DNA of 64,000 bases from Burkholderiales bacterium (GTDB lineage: Bacteria; Pseudomonadota; Gammaproteobacteria; Burkholderiales; SG8-41), in assembly GCA_019749945.1 (NCBI GenBank), contig JAIEPF010000019.1, positions 5,747 through 69,746 on the forward strand. Reading direction: 5' to 3'. Shown piece by piece: positions 30,888 to 40,383 of the stretch. A program made the position numbers and the translations under genes. The notes beneath the pieces are model-generated. The model was not told where the DNA came from. It saw only the letters and a list, made by a program, of their open reading frames with translations, and did no database searches. How positions within the stretch are numbered: position 1 is the stretch's first letter; each line of letters opens with the position of its first letter.

Positions 30888-31070
30888 ATGACCACCGAAC
30901 TGCGCATCTGGGAATGCATCGTCTGCGGCTACGTTTACAACGAAGCCGAAGGCGATCCGGAACACGGCATCAAGGCAGGCACGCGCTGGGAAGACATCCC
31001 GGCAGACTGGACCTGCCCGGAGTGCGGCGTGGCCAAGGCCGACTTCGAAATGGTGCTGAAGGCGGCATAA
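30888..31070 (+). CDS. rubredoxin
   Basis: WECIVCGYVY ... WTCPECG, two CxxCG knuckles, 60 aa. Confidence 0.9.
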   Translation: MTTELRIWECIVCGYVYNEAEGDPEHGIKAGTRWEDIPADWTCPECGVAKADFEMVLKAA

Positions 31071-31082
31071 TCAACGTGACAT

Positions 31083-31107
31083 CCCGTCCCGCCGCAGGCG
31101 GGACGGG
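31083..31107 (+). other. perfect 11-bp GC stem-loop between the rubredoxin and reductase genes
   Basis: cccgtcccgcc-gca-ggcgggacggg with no T-run. Intra-operon hairpin, possibly an attenuator or mRNA-stability element. Confidence 0.5.
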
Positions 31108-31184
31108 CGCCATACCCTGCAACACAGCACAGCAGATCAGGGCGCCGTTTGATACCATCCGCGCTGATTTTCAACGGGAACACC

Positions 31185-32330
31185 ATGAATCCGATCATCA
31201 TCATCGGCAGCGGCCTCGCGGGTTACAACACCGCCAAGGAGCTGCGCAAACTCGACACCGCCACTCCGCTGCTCATCATCGCCAACGACAGCAGCCCGTT
31301 TTATTCCAAACCCATGCTGTCCAATGCGCTGACCTCTAAAAAAACCCCGGAAGCCATTGCGCTCAATACACCGGAGCAGATGGCGACACAACTGAACGCC
31401 ACGGTGCGCGCGCACACCCGCGTCGATGCCATCGACACCGCCGCGCATACGCTGCGCATCGGGGACGAAACCCTGGCGTATTCAAAACTGGTGCTGGCGC
31501 TGGGCGCCGACCAGATCCGCCTGCAGATCAACGGCAGCGGCGCCGACAACATCCTGACCGTCAACGACCTCGACGACTACGCGCGTTTCCGCAGCACCAT
31601 CGCCGGCAAAAAACGCATCGCCATCATCGGCGCCGGCCTGATCGGCTGTGAATTCGCCAACGACCTCGCCACCGGCGGCTACGGCGTGGATATCATCGAC
31701 ATCGCGCCGCAGGCGCTGGGCCGGCTGCTGCCGCCCGAAGGCGGCGCGCTGCTGCAGGCCAGACTCGCGGCACTCGGCGTGCAGTGGCATCTCGGCACCA
31801 GCGTGCAGACCGTGGATCGTGCGGAAAATGGTTATGCCGTCAAGCTGGCCAACGGCAACGTGCTGCGCGTCGATGTCGTGCTCTCCGCGGTCGGCCTCAA
31901 GCCGCGCACTGCACTCGCGGCAGCCGCCGGCATCCAGGTCAAGCGCGGCATCGTCGCCAACCGCCACCTCGAAACCAGCGCGCCCGACGTCTACACGCTG
32001 GGCGACTGCGCCGAAATCGAAGGCCTGGTGATGCCCTATGTGATGCCGATCATGCACGCCACGCGCGCGCTGGCGCAGACGCTGGCGGGCAAACGCACCG
32101 CCGTCACTTTTCCGGCGATGCCGGTGATGGTCAAGACCCCCGCCTGCCCGACCATCGTCTCGCCGCCCGCAACTGGTGCCGCAGGTACCTGGCAAGTCGA
32201 AGCCACAGCCGACGGCGTCAAATCATTATTCATCGCCGCCGACGGCAAACTGCTCGGCTTCGCGCTGAATGGTACAGCCACCGCGGAACGCGCCAAACTC
32301 GCAGCGCAATTGCCACCCGTACTGGCCTGA
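31185..32330 (+). CDS. rubredoxin-NAD(+) reductase-type FAD-dependent oxidoreductase
   Basis: IIIIGSGLAGYN and IAIIGAGLIGCEFA dinucleotide folds, TLGDCAEI. Confidence 0.85.
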   Translation: MNPIIIIGSGLAGYNTAKELRKLDTATPLLIIANDSSPFYSKPMLSNALTSKKTPEAIALNTPEQMATQLNATVRAHTRVDAIDTAAHTLRIGDETLAYSKLVLALGADQIRLQINGSGADNILTVNDLDDYARFRSTIAGKKRIAIIGAGLIGCEFANDLATGGYGVDIIDIAPQALGRLLPPEGGALLQARLAALGVQWHLGTSVQTVDRAENGYAVKLANGNVLRVDVVLSAVGLKPRTALAAAAGIQVKRGIVANRHLETSAPDVYTLGDCAEIEGLVMPYVMPIMHATRALAQTLAGKRTAVTFPAMPVMVKTPACPTIVSPPATGAAGTWQVEATADGVKSLFIAADGKLLGFALNGTATAERAKLAAQLPPVLA

Positions 32331-32409
32331 GTCAACACAGGCAACATCAGCAAGCACGGCAACTGCGCGGTTGCTGATACCATTGTTGAATCTCACCGAA
32401 TACAAGACA

Positions 32410-32468
32410 CCGTTCGGGCTGAGCCTGTCGAAGCCCAGCCGCCCTTCGACAGGCTCAGGGCGAACGGA
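32410..32468. repeat. REP-like palindrome (cgttcgggctgagcctgtcgaag / cttcgacaggctcagggcgaacg)
   Basis: 23-bp arms complementary except for the central triplet. Confidence 0.7.
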
Positions 32469-32504
32469 GTTGATGTTTTCATATTTTAAAAGTTCGTTAT
32501 TTCC

Positions 32505-33098
32505 ATGTTCCTGCCGCCCATCACCCGCCTGCTGCTGATCACCAATGTCGCGGTCTACCTGCTGCAGCAGGCGTTTGGCGACCCGCTGATCATCTGGTTT
32601 GCGTTGTGGCCGTTCCACACGCCGTCATCGTTCGTCTCCAGTTTCATGCCGTGGCAGGTCTTCACCTACAGTTTCCTGCACGGCGGGCTGCTGCATATCG
32701 CTTTCAACATGCTGGGGCTGTACATGTTCGGCGGCCAGATCGAACAGGTGTTCGGATCCCGGCGTTTCCTGATCTATTACCTGGGCTGCGTGTTCGCTGC
32801 GGCGCTGGTGCAACTGGCGATGTCGGCCTTCAGCGGCGGCCCGGCGATGCCTACAGTGGGCGCCTCGGGTGGCGTGTTCGGACTGCTGCTGGCCTACGGC
32901 CTCATTTTTCCGAAACGCACGGTACTACTGATTTTTCCGCCGATCCCGATGTCGGCATGGCTGTTCGTCACGCTCTACGGCCTGGTCGAACTCTATCTCG
33001 GCGTCACCGGCACCCAGGCCGGCGTCGCACATTTTGCGCACCTCGGCGGCATGCTTGGCGGGTATATTTTGATCCGGCAGTGGCGTTCGACGCGGTGA
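32505..33098 (+). CDS. rhomboid-family intramembrane serine protease
   Basis: HIAFNMLGLYMFG and GASGGVFGLL catalytic motifs, six predicted TM segments. Confidence 0.85.
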   Translation: MFLPPITRLLLITNVAVYLLQQAFGDPLIIWFALWPFHTPSSFVSSFMPWQVFTYSFLHGGLLHIAFNMLGLYMFGGQIEQVFGSRRFLIYYLGCVFAAALVQLAMSAFSGGPAMPTVGASGGVFGLLLAYGLIFPKRTVLLIFPPIPMSAWLFVTLYGLVELYLGVTGTQAGVAHFAHLGGMLGGYILIRQWRSTR

Positions 33099-33200
33099 TT
33101 AAGGGCGTGATTAGGTAACTAGGTGATTAAGTGATTGAGGCTCCAATCACCTAATTACTTAATCACTTAGTCACTTAGTCACCCGCACTTAATCACCAGC
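33095..33200. repeat. long imperfect palindrome built from GTGATTA/TAATCAC-type units, spanning both convergent stop codons
   Basis: gtgattaagggcgtgattaggtaactaggtgattaagtgattg ... caatcacctaattacttaatcacttagtcacttagtcac...cttaatcac. Confidence 0.7.
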
Positions 33201-34035
33201 ATTTCAAAAGCAGATCACGAATCCACGCGCAATCCGCATCCAGCGTCGAATATTCCAGTGTATCGGTCGCGGCAAGTTCGCTGCGCAAACGGTGCAAACG
33301 CGCCGCACGCACATTGGCGTCACGCACCGTGTAGCCGTAACGCGCGTAACGGTCGATTTCGATCGCATTGTCCGCAGCCGGCGCCGCACGCAGCCAGAAC
33401 CATTCCGCGACAAAATCCTGTGCCAGCTGCTCCAGCTCCGCATACAACGCCGGATCCACGGGCTGCGCCAGTGCCGCCGGCTGCGGCGTGTCATGGATTC
33501 CGCTCAAGCGCCAGGCATGAGCCCATTCCGCAGCGCCTTCAGTGGCGCGCAGCTCGATTGCATCATCGTTGCGCGTGACGAGGAAAACCGCATCGCGTTC
33601 GTGATTCAGCGCATACCCCGCCCATTCCCCGCGGTCGCGCCGCAGCAGCGCAAACGCCAGTTGCAGCGTGGCGTCGGGCGCGGCCAGCAGATAACGGTTG
33701 CGGGTTTCGGCGCCGCCGGCGGCAATGGCTTCCTCGACATGCTCCGCGATGGCGCCGTTGGTGAGCAAAGCGCGGCCCTTGCGGCCGGCGGCGACATTGA
33801 CCCATTCCGCGGCAATCTTCAGCTCCGGGAATTCCATCGAAGCCGCGGCGAAAGCCGGGAAAGGAATGCCGCCGCGGACCTTGAAGTCATAGGACAGGGC
33901 GTCGTCGCCGTGATGCTCCTCGAATTCGCCGGCAAAGATTTCCTCGACCAGCAGCGCCTTGATGCGCGCGTCGGCCGCCGGCAGCTGCTCACGCGCGCCG
34001 GTGACGGTCAATGTGGCATGGATCAGCAGGTCCAT
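33193..34035 (-). CDS. hypothetical protein (280 aa), 3 nt downstream of the FNT gene
   Basis: Long ORF with coding-like composition. No family recognised by eye. Confidence 0.55.
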   Translation of the reverse strand: MDLLIHATLTVTGAREQLPAADARIKALLVEEIFAGEFEEHHGDDALSYDFKVRGGIPFPAFAAASMEFPELKIAAEWVNVAAGRKGRALLTNGAIAEHVEEAIAAGGAETRNRYLLAAPDATLQLAFALLRRDRGEWAGYALNHERDAVFLVTRNDDAIELRATEGAAEWAHAWRLSGIHDTPQPAALAQPVDPALYAELEQLAQDFVAEWFWLRAAPAADNAIEIDRYARYGYTVRDANVRAARLHRLRSELAATDTLEYSTLDADCAWIRDLLLKCW

Positions 34036-34038
34036 GCC

Positions 34039-34868
34039 CTATTTCCCGGTCTGCGCCGGGCGGAGATAGATGACGTGATAGACCAGCGCCACCAGCACGC
34101 TGCCACCGACGATGTTGCCGAGGATCACCGGCGCCAGATTGCGGAACATCGCATACACGGTGATTGCCTCGGCGCCCGCCGGCAACACCGCGCCGCCCGC
34201 CTTCAGCAGCAGCGCCAGCGGAAAAAAAACATATTGGCGACCGAATGCTCGAAGCCCGCGGCGACAAACGCCGACACCGGCAGCACGATGGCAAAAAACT
34301 TGTCGGTGACGCTCCTGCCGGCGAGCGCCATCCACACTGCCATGCATACCAGCACATTGCACAACACGCCGCGGAAAAACAGCTCTCCGAGCGGCATGGT
34401 GCTTTTTGCCGCCGCGATCGCCAGATAGGCGCGGCCGACCGCGCCGCCATTGGCGCCGGCATGGCCCGACAGGTACACCAGCACCGCGAGCAGAGCGGCG
34501 CCGATGAAGTTGGCCACACACACCACCATCCAGTTGCGCAACAACTCCAGGGTGCTGACCTGGCCGCCGGCCCAGGCCATCGCGAGCAGGTTGTTGCCGG
34601 TAAAGAGTTCTGCACCGGCGACCACGACCAGCAGCAGTCCCAGCGAAAAACACACCGCTGCCAGCACGCGCCCGGTCGCGAAAGACAGCTGCGGGTCGCT
34701 GACCACCAGCGTGTAATAGAGGGCGCCGAGGCCGATGAAGGCGCCCGCCAGCAGTCCCAGCATGGCCATTGACAGCAGCGGCAGCCGCGCCTTGACGATG
34801 CCGATGTTGCGTACCCGCTCGGCGATCTGCTGCGGCGAAAACGCGTCAGATCCGTAAACTTCGGACAT
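34039..34868 (-). pseudogene. formate/nitrite transporter (FNT) family channel, frameshifted in a T8 run
   Basis: GAELFTGNN and GFEHSVANMFFF, then a frame break at 34222-34229. The C-terminus PLALLLK...GNIVGG continues in the adjacent frame. Confidence 0.75.
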
Positions 34869-34941
34869 TTGCAGCCTCCCCCCGCTGTTCTCCAGCCGCC
34901 AGTGTAAGCGCAGCCTGCCGAATCAGGTAATCTTCCGCCCC

Positions 34942-35352
34942 ATGCCCGCACGCAAACCTCATCCCGCGCTGAAACTCGCCGATTACTACATGGGGCGCGA
35001 CAAACTGCATCGCAAGGAACTCACGCGCGAACTGCGCGCCAACGCACGCGAGACGCTGCGCCGCGTGAACCGCCTGCTCAGGCGCGCCGGCATGATGCGT
35101 AAAGTCAGTTCGGGCTGGCGACCGGCGGCGATCAATGACACCGTGCCCGGCGCCGCCCGCGGCAGCAAACATCTGAGCTGCCTCGCGATTGATCTTGAGG
35201 ACCGCAACGGCGCGCTCGACGCCTGGTGCATGGCGCACCTCGACGTGCTGGAGGAATTCGGCCTGTGGCTGGAACACCCCGACGCGACACCCGGCTGGTG
35301 CCATCTGCAGACCCAGCCGCCGCGTTCGGGTAATCGCGTGTTTTATCCGTAA
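34942..35352 (+). CDS. peptidase M15-family cell-wall hydrolase (D-Ala-D-Ala carboxypeptidase/endolysin-like)
   Basis: SGWRP...N...GAARGSKHLSCLAIDL and a C-terminal His (WCHLQ) fit the M15 zinc-ligand pattern. Confidence 0.65.
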   Translation: MPARKPHPALKLADYYMGRDKLHRKELTRELRANARETLRRVNRLLRRAGMMRKVSSGWRPAAINDTVPGAARGSKHLSCLAIDLEDRNGALDAWCMAHLDVLEEFGLWLEHPDATPGWCHLQTQPPRSGNRVFYP

Positions 35353-35377
35353 GCTATTGTTTTTATTATATTTTTAT
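35345..35377 (+). repeat. AT-rich dispersed element, copy C
   Basis: atccgtaagctattgtttttattatatttttat, nearly identical to copy D at 41875. Confidence 0.65.
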
Positions 35378-36069
35378 CAGTCGAGGAAAACCGCGTATTG
35401 GTCGAGCGCAATACGCGACGGCTGGAAGGTATTGACCACCGCGTCAGCGTCGGCATAACCCATCGCCATGCCGCAGATCACCACCCAGTCGCGGCTCAAC
35501 TGCAATTCCCGCCGCACCACATCGGGATAACTCGCAATCGAGGCTTCAGCGCAGGTGTGCAATCCCTTCGCGCGCGCGGCCAGCATCAGCGTCTGCAGGA
35601 ACATGCCGTAATCCAGCCAGCTGCCTTTTTCCAGCCTGCGCTCGATGGTGAATATCAAACCGGCGGGCGCGCCGAAAAATGTGTAGTTGCCCGCGCGATA
35701 CGCTTTTGATTTTTCGTGGTCGCCGCGGGTTATGCCCAGTGTGCCGTAAAGCCCCCAGCCGCACTCGCGGCGCCGCTGGAGATAGGGTTCGAACACCGGA
35801 TCGGTGTAATAGTCATAATCGCGTTTGTGCCCGGGCTCGTCGTTCAAGAATGCCGACTGGATCGCCGTGCCGACGCGCTTCAAAGCCGCGCCTGTCAGCA
35901 CATGCACCCGCCACGGCTGGATGTTCGAACCGCTGGGCGCATGACGCCCGAGTTCCACAATGTCGCGCAGGGTCTGCGGCGGCACCGCATCGGGCTTGTA
36001 GGCGCGGATCGAACGGCGGGTGCGCGCAGCGCTGAATACGTCGGGCGCGGACTGGTTGATGTCGGTCAT
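35377..36069 (-). CDS. nitroreductase-family protein
   Basis: RRSIRAYKPDAVP...APSGSNIQPWRV. Confidence 0.85.
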   Translation of the reverse strand: MTDINQSAPDVFSAARTRRSIRAYKPDAVPPQTLRDIVELGRHAPSGSNIQPWRVHVLTGAALKRVGTAIQSAFLNDEPGHKRDYDYYTDPVFEPYLQRRRECGWGLYGTLGITRGDHEKSKAYRAGNYTFFGAPAGLIFTIERRLEKGSWLDYGMFLQTLMLAARAKGLHTCAEASIASYPDVVRRELQLSRDWVVICGMAMGYADADAVVNTFQPSRIALDQYAVFLD

Positions 36070-36163
36070 GGGTGTTCCTCGCTACATTGATCCCGGCAAT
36101 GATGTTAACAAACCGCCGCTGATTGACCGCCGCGACGCGCTTGGTCAAACTGCCGGCGCCACC

Positions 36164-37348
36164 ATGAACCCGATCACCCGACGCGTCGGCCTTTATTTCG
36201 CCCTGCTGCAGCTTTTTTTCACGCTGGCGTGGACGGTCTATGTCATTTTCCTGCCGCGGCTCGCCGCCGAAGCCGGCATACCCAGGTCCTGGATCCTGTG
36301 GATCCTCATCGCCGACCAGCTGGTGTTCATGATCGCCGACTGGCTGATGGGCGCAAAGGCCGATCACATGGCGCGCATCACCGGCAGGCTCGGCCCGCGG
36401 CTGGCGCTGATCACGCTGTTCTCGGCACTCGCCTTCCTGCTGCTGCCGTTTGTCGCACCACTCGCCAGTCCGCTGCTGTTCCTTGCCCTGACCTTCCTCT
36501 GGACCGTCACCTCGTCGGCGCTGCGCGCGCCGCCCCTGATGCTGATCGGCAAATACGCCGGTGCCGGCGCACAACCGGCCATCGCCGGGCTGTGGCTGTT
36601 CGGTTTCGGCATCGCCGGCGCGATTGCGCCCTACCTCACCGGCGTGTTGCGTGATGCCGATGCCCGGCTGCCCTTCGCGCTGGCCTCGATCGCCGTCGCG
36701 GTTGCGGCATGGGCGCTGGCCTGGGCGGAACGCCATCTCGCCGCGGCTGCTGCGCCGGCAACAGAAACACCCGCGCACAAACCGCTGCCGATGGCCGCCT
36801 TCCTCGCCATCGTCGCGCTCAGCGCGCTGGGCTTCCAGGTGCATTTTTCGCTGAGTTCGGCGCCGCAGTACCTGCGTTTTGTGCCGCCCGCCGACTTGGG
36901 CCAGCTGATGCCCGTGTTCTGGGTCGGTTTCAACCTGGCGATGCTGCCGATCACTTACCTGATCCGCCGCCATGGGGATTTCAAAATACTCGCTGCGGGT
37001 GCCGCGGTCGGCGCGCTCGCCGTGGCTTATGCCACGCAGGCCGGATCCCTGGGACTGCTGATCGCGGCACAACTCGCCGCGGGCGCGGCATGGGCTGCCG
37101 TGATGTTCGGCGCCTTTGGCGCAGCGATCCTGCTCGGCCGCAGCGGCCGCGAAGGTTATGTCACCGGCGGCATGTTCTCGATGTTTGCCTTCGCCGCGAT
37201 GCTGCGCATCCTGATGATCGCGACGCAACTCCACCAGGATGCCGGTGTGCAGCAGACATTGGCATATCTGCCCGCCGCCTGCTGGGGCGCGGCTGCACTG
37301 TTGCTGGTGATGCTGCTAAGTCGCAGCCGTCGTGCGACTGCCGCCTGA
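36164..37348 (+). CDS. MFS-type membrane transporter
   Basis: ~12 hydrophobic segments. ATG at 36164 chosen to avoid overlap with the nitroreductase gene. Confidence 0.6.
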   Translation: MNPITRRVGLYFALLQLFFTLAWTVYVIFLPRLAAEAGIPRSWILWILIADQLVFMIADWLMGAKADHMARITGRLGPRLALITLFSALAFLLLPFVAPLASPLLFLALTFLWTVTSSALRAPPLMLIGKYAGAGAQPAIAGLWLFGFGIAGAIAPYLTGVLRDADARLPFALASIAVAVAAWALAWAERHLAAAAAPATETPAHKPLPMAAFLAIVALSALGFQVHFSLSSAPQYLRFVPPADLGQLMPVFWVGFNLAMLPITYLIRRHGDFKILAAGAAVGALAVAYATQAGSLGLLIAAQLAAGAAWAAVMFGAFGAAILLGRSGREGYVTGGMFSMFAFAAMLRILMIATQLHQDAGVQQTLAYLPAACWGAAALLLVMLLSRSRRATAA

Positions 37349-37597
37349 TTTCAAAATCAGCGCGAGTTTTTCCGTGCGGCTCAGTTGCTTGATCTGGTAC
37401 TCGCGTTTGCTCGCTGAAGAACGATCCTCTGCCGGCTCCTGATACACCAGCACCACCGGACGCCGTGCACGCGTGTAATTCGCGCCAGTGCCTTTATCGG
37501 CATTGTGTTCGGCAATGCGTTTTTCGACATCCCGTGCAATGCCGGTATACAGCGTCCCGTCGACGCAGCGCGCGATGTAAACCTGCCATGAACCCAA
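37316..37597 (-). CDS. GIY-YIG nuclease-family small protein
   Basis: WQVYIARCVDGTLYTGIARDVEKRIAEHN...YTRARRPVVLVYQE...REYQIKQL. TTG start inferred; the long upstream ORF extension is rejected. Confidence 0.7.
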   Translation of the reverse strand: MGSWQVYIARCVDGTLYTGIARDVEKRIAEHNADKGTGANYTRARRPVVLVYQEPAEDRSSASKREYQIKQLSRTEKLALILKSGGSRTTAAT

Positions 37598-37642
37598 ATC
37601 CAACTCCGCTGTCTGAACTGATATCCACGTATCATGACGCCA

Positions 37643-38197
37643 ATGAAAATATTCCGCCATCTGCTCATCATCACGCTGCTGCTGGCTTCCACAGCAATCC
37701 ACGCCGCCGATCCCGCCAAAACCATGTTCGGCATCGAACTCGGCAGCCGTTTCGCGATTCCGGTCTGCGCCCGCGGCGAAGACACCATGGCCAAACGTTA
37801 TTGTTACGCCGAAGCACTCAGCACAAAAACCGCCTGGGGCAGCGAGGAACGCCATGTGTTCTACCCGCGTGCCGAAACCGTGCCCTGGGCGCGCGGCGAA
37901 ATGGTCGTCGACGTCATCAACGGCGTCATCGAGGCCATACACGTCAACACCTGGGGCATCGAAGCGCAGACCCTTGCGCTCGACGAAATGACCAGAAAAT
38001 ACGGCCCGCCCAGCCGCAGCCGCAGCGAAAAAATCAAGGGGCTGCGCTCGCGCTGGCCGACCAAGTACGCCGAATGGGATCTCAGGGACTTTTCGGTCAG
38101 GCTCGACGGCACCACCGGCAGCGTCGACTGGGGACGCGTCACGCTGGCGACGCCGCGTTACCATAAAATACTCAAGGATCACGCCGCCCGGCGCTGA
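37643..38197 (+). CDS. secreted hypothetical protein
   Basis: [21 protein letters not shown] signal peptide. No family recognised. Confidence 0.6.
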   Translation: MKIFRHLLIITLLLASTAIHAADPAKTMFGIELGSRFAIPVCARGEDTMAKRYCYAEALSTKTAWGSEERHVFYPRAETVPWARGEMVVDVINGVIEAIHVNTWGIEAQTLALDEMTRKYGPPSRSRSEKIKGLRSRWPTKYAEWDLRDFSVRLDGTTGSVDWGRVTLATPRYHKILKDHAARR

Positions 38198-38265
38198 ACG
38201 GGCATGGGCGCACAGGGCATACGCACGCGGCTATAATGCGGCCTCAATCTGAACAAGGAAGCCCC

Positions 38266-38610
38266 ATGGCATCGACCACCACCGCAAGCGGACTGATCAT
38301 CGAAGACCTCGTCACCGGCGACGGCGCGGAAGCCACCGCCGGCATTGAAGTCACCGTGCATTACACCGGCTGGCTCACCGACGGCAAAAAATTCGATTCG
38401 AGCAAGGACCGCGACGATCCCTTCGTGTTTCCGCTGGGCGGCGGCCGCGTCATCCGCGGCTGGGATGAAGGCGTACAGGGCATGAAAATCGGCGGCAAAC
38501 GCAAGCTGACGATTCCGCCCGCGCTCGGTTACGGCGCACGCGGCGCCGGCGGCGTGATCCCGCCGAACGCAACACTGGTGTTTGAAGTCGAACTGCTCGC
38601 CATCGATTGA
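38266..38610 (+). CDS. FKBP-type peptidyl-prolyl cis-trans isomerase
   Basis: [18 protein letters not shown]...[31 protein letters not shown]. Confidence 0.9.
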   Translation: MASTTTASGLIIEDLVTGDGAEATAGIEVTVHYTGWLTDGKKFDSSKDRDDPFVFPLGGGRVIRGWDEGVQGMKIGGKRKLTIPPALGYGARGAGGVIPPNATLVFEVELLAID

Positions 38611-38618
38611 CCCTGCCC

Positions 38619-39314
38619 ATGGCCGGAAAAACCATCAAGGTCCGCTCGCGCAACAACGGCGAATTCGACTGCTACATCGCCAAGCCGGCCGGCAACAACA
38701 AGGTGCCGGCCATCGTGCTGGCCTCCGCGGTGCACGGCGTCAACGCCGACATCTGCGGCATTGCCGACGAATTCGCAGCAGCGGGTTATATCGCCGCGGC
38801 ACCCGACCTGTTCTGGCGCACCATCCCCGGCCCGCTGCCGCGCAGCGATGAACGCGCCGGACAGCGCTCGCAACCGCGCATGCCGGTGCTCAAATCCGGC
38901 GAAACCGACATGGCTGACACGCTGCTTGCCGTGCGCCAGCTGAAACAGCACAACGGCCGCGCCGTCGCGATGGGCTTCTGCTTCGGCGGACCGTTCGCGA
39001 TCCTCGGCCCGAAACGCCTCGGCTACGATGCAGGCATCGGCTGCCACAGCACACAAATGAAGGATTTCCTGCAGGAATTCGACGGCCTCACCAAACCGGT
39101 CTGCCTGATCTGGGGCGACAAGGACAGCGCAGCCCCGCCGGAGGTGCAAGCCGCATACGTCGAAAAAGCCAAAACCCTGGCCAGCCTGGAAGTGCACATT
39201 TTTCCCGGCATCCTGCACGGCTACATGATGCCGGAGAACCCCCAGGCCTACAGCCCGGAGACGCGCAAATTCTCGATGGACAAGGCCTTGGGATTGCTCA
39301 ACGCACTGAAATGA
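38619..39314 (+). CDS. dienelactone hydrolase-family protein
   Basis: Alpha/beta-hydrolase DLH pattern (...AIVLASAVHGVN..., GFCFGG nucleophile elbow, ...HGY). Confidence 0.8.
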   Translation: MAGKTIKVRSRNNGEFDCYIAKPAGNNKVPAIVLASAVHGVNADICGIADEFAAAGYIAAAPDLFWRTIPGPLPRSDERAGQRSQPRMPVLKSGETDMADTLLAVRQLKQHNGRAVAMGFCFGGPFAILGPKRLGYDAGIGCHSTQMKDFLQEFDGLTKPVCLIWGDKDSAAPPEVQAAYVEKAKTLASLEVHIFPGILHGYMMPENPQAYSPETRKFSMDKALGLLNALK

Positions 39315-39395
39315 CAGTGATGAGCGATGAATGATGAGTGATGAACGAAAAGCGGTTCTGCTTGTGTTCCGCATTCATCACTCCGCACTCATCAC
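39315..39395. repeat. imperfect palindrome built from GTGATGA/TCATCAC units between convergent genes
   Basis: cagtgatgagcgatgaatgatgagtgatgaa ... ttcatcactccgcactcatcactc. Confidence 0.65.
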
Positions 39396-40360
39396 TCCGC
39401 TTTAATTCCCGCCTCCCGGATCACCCTTCCCCACTTCTCCGACTCATTGCGCCAGAACGCGGCGAACTGCGCCGGTGAATTGCCCACCACGTCGGCGCCC
39501 ATGCCGGCGATCCTGTCGCGGATGTCCCTGTCCTGCAGCACCCGGGTGAAATCGCCGTGGATGCGCGTGATCAGCTCTTTTGGTGTCGCCGCCGGCACCA
39601 CCAGTCCGAACCAGTTGGTCAGCTCGTAACCCTTCACACCCTGCTCGGCAATGGTCCGCACGTCCGGCAGCGCCGCGGCGCGTTTGCCGCCCAGCACCCC
39701 CAGCGCCACCAGCTTCTTGTCGCGGATATAGGGCAGGGCCTGCAGCAGGCTGTCGTAGGTCAGTGACACATGACCGCCCAGCAGGTCGGCAAAACTCGGC
39801 CCGCTGCCCTTGTACGGCACATGGGTGATTTTGACGCCGGCGAGGCGGTTAAACAACTCGCCGCCGAGGTGCGGCGCGCCGCCGGCGCCGGAAGACGCAA
39901 AGGTGATGTCACCCGGCCGGGATTTTGCCAGCGCAATCAGTTGCGGCACGGTTTTCGCCGGCAGCGACGGATGCGCCACCATCACAAAATGCACATCCAC
40001 CACCTGCGTCACCGCCGCCAGGTCTTTCAGCGGATCCACCGCCATTTTCGGATACAGGTGCTTGTTCGCCGCGAGATTGCCCAGCGTCGCAATCGCCCAG
40101 GTGTAACCGTCGGGGGCGGCACGCGCGGCAAATTCGGTGCCGATGATGCCCGCCGCGCCGGCGCGGTTCTCGACGATCACCTGCTGGCCGTATTGCACGG
40201 AGAGTTTGGGCCCGACCAAGCGCGCGACGATATCCACACCGCCGCCCGGCGGGAACGGCACCACGATGCGCACCGGCTTCGCCGGAAAATTCTGCGCCGG
40301 CGCGGCGCAGGACGCCACGGCGAATACAACACCCGCCACCGCCCTCAATACAAAACCCAT
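39392..40360 (-). CDS. Bug/TctC-family substrate-binding protein
   Basis: MGFVLRAVAGVVFAVASCAAPAQNFPAKPVRIVVPFPPGGG. GGGGAG RBS before the ATG at 40360. Confidence 0.85.
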   Translation of the reverse strand: MGFVLRAVAGVVFAVASCAAPAQNFPAKPVRIVVPFPPGGGVDIVARLVGPKLSVQYGQQVIVENRAGAAGIIGTEFAARAAPDGYTWAIATLGNLAANKHLYPKMAVDPLKDLAAVTQVVDVHFVMVAHPSLPAKTVPQLIALAKSRPGDITFASSGAGGAPHLGGELFNRLAGVKITHVPYKGSGPSFADLLGGHVSLTYDSLLQALPYIRDKKLVALGVLGGKRAAALPDVRTIAEQGVKGYELTNWFGLVVPAATPKELITRIHGDFTRVLQDRDIRDRIAGMGADVVGNSPAQFAAFWRNESEKWGRVIREAGIKAE

Positions 40361-40383
40361 TGTCACTCCCCCGGTTATTTTGC

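Noticed and set aside
37598-38182. The 288-aa ORF 37316-38182(-) as a single large protein.
   Set aside because: Only the last ~93 codons show GIY-YIG motifs. The rest is antisense to a plus-strand gene with a clear signal peptide (37643-38197).
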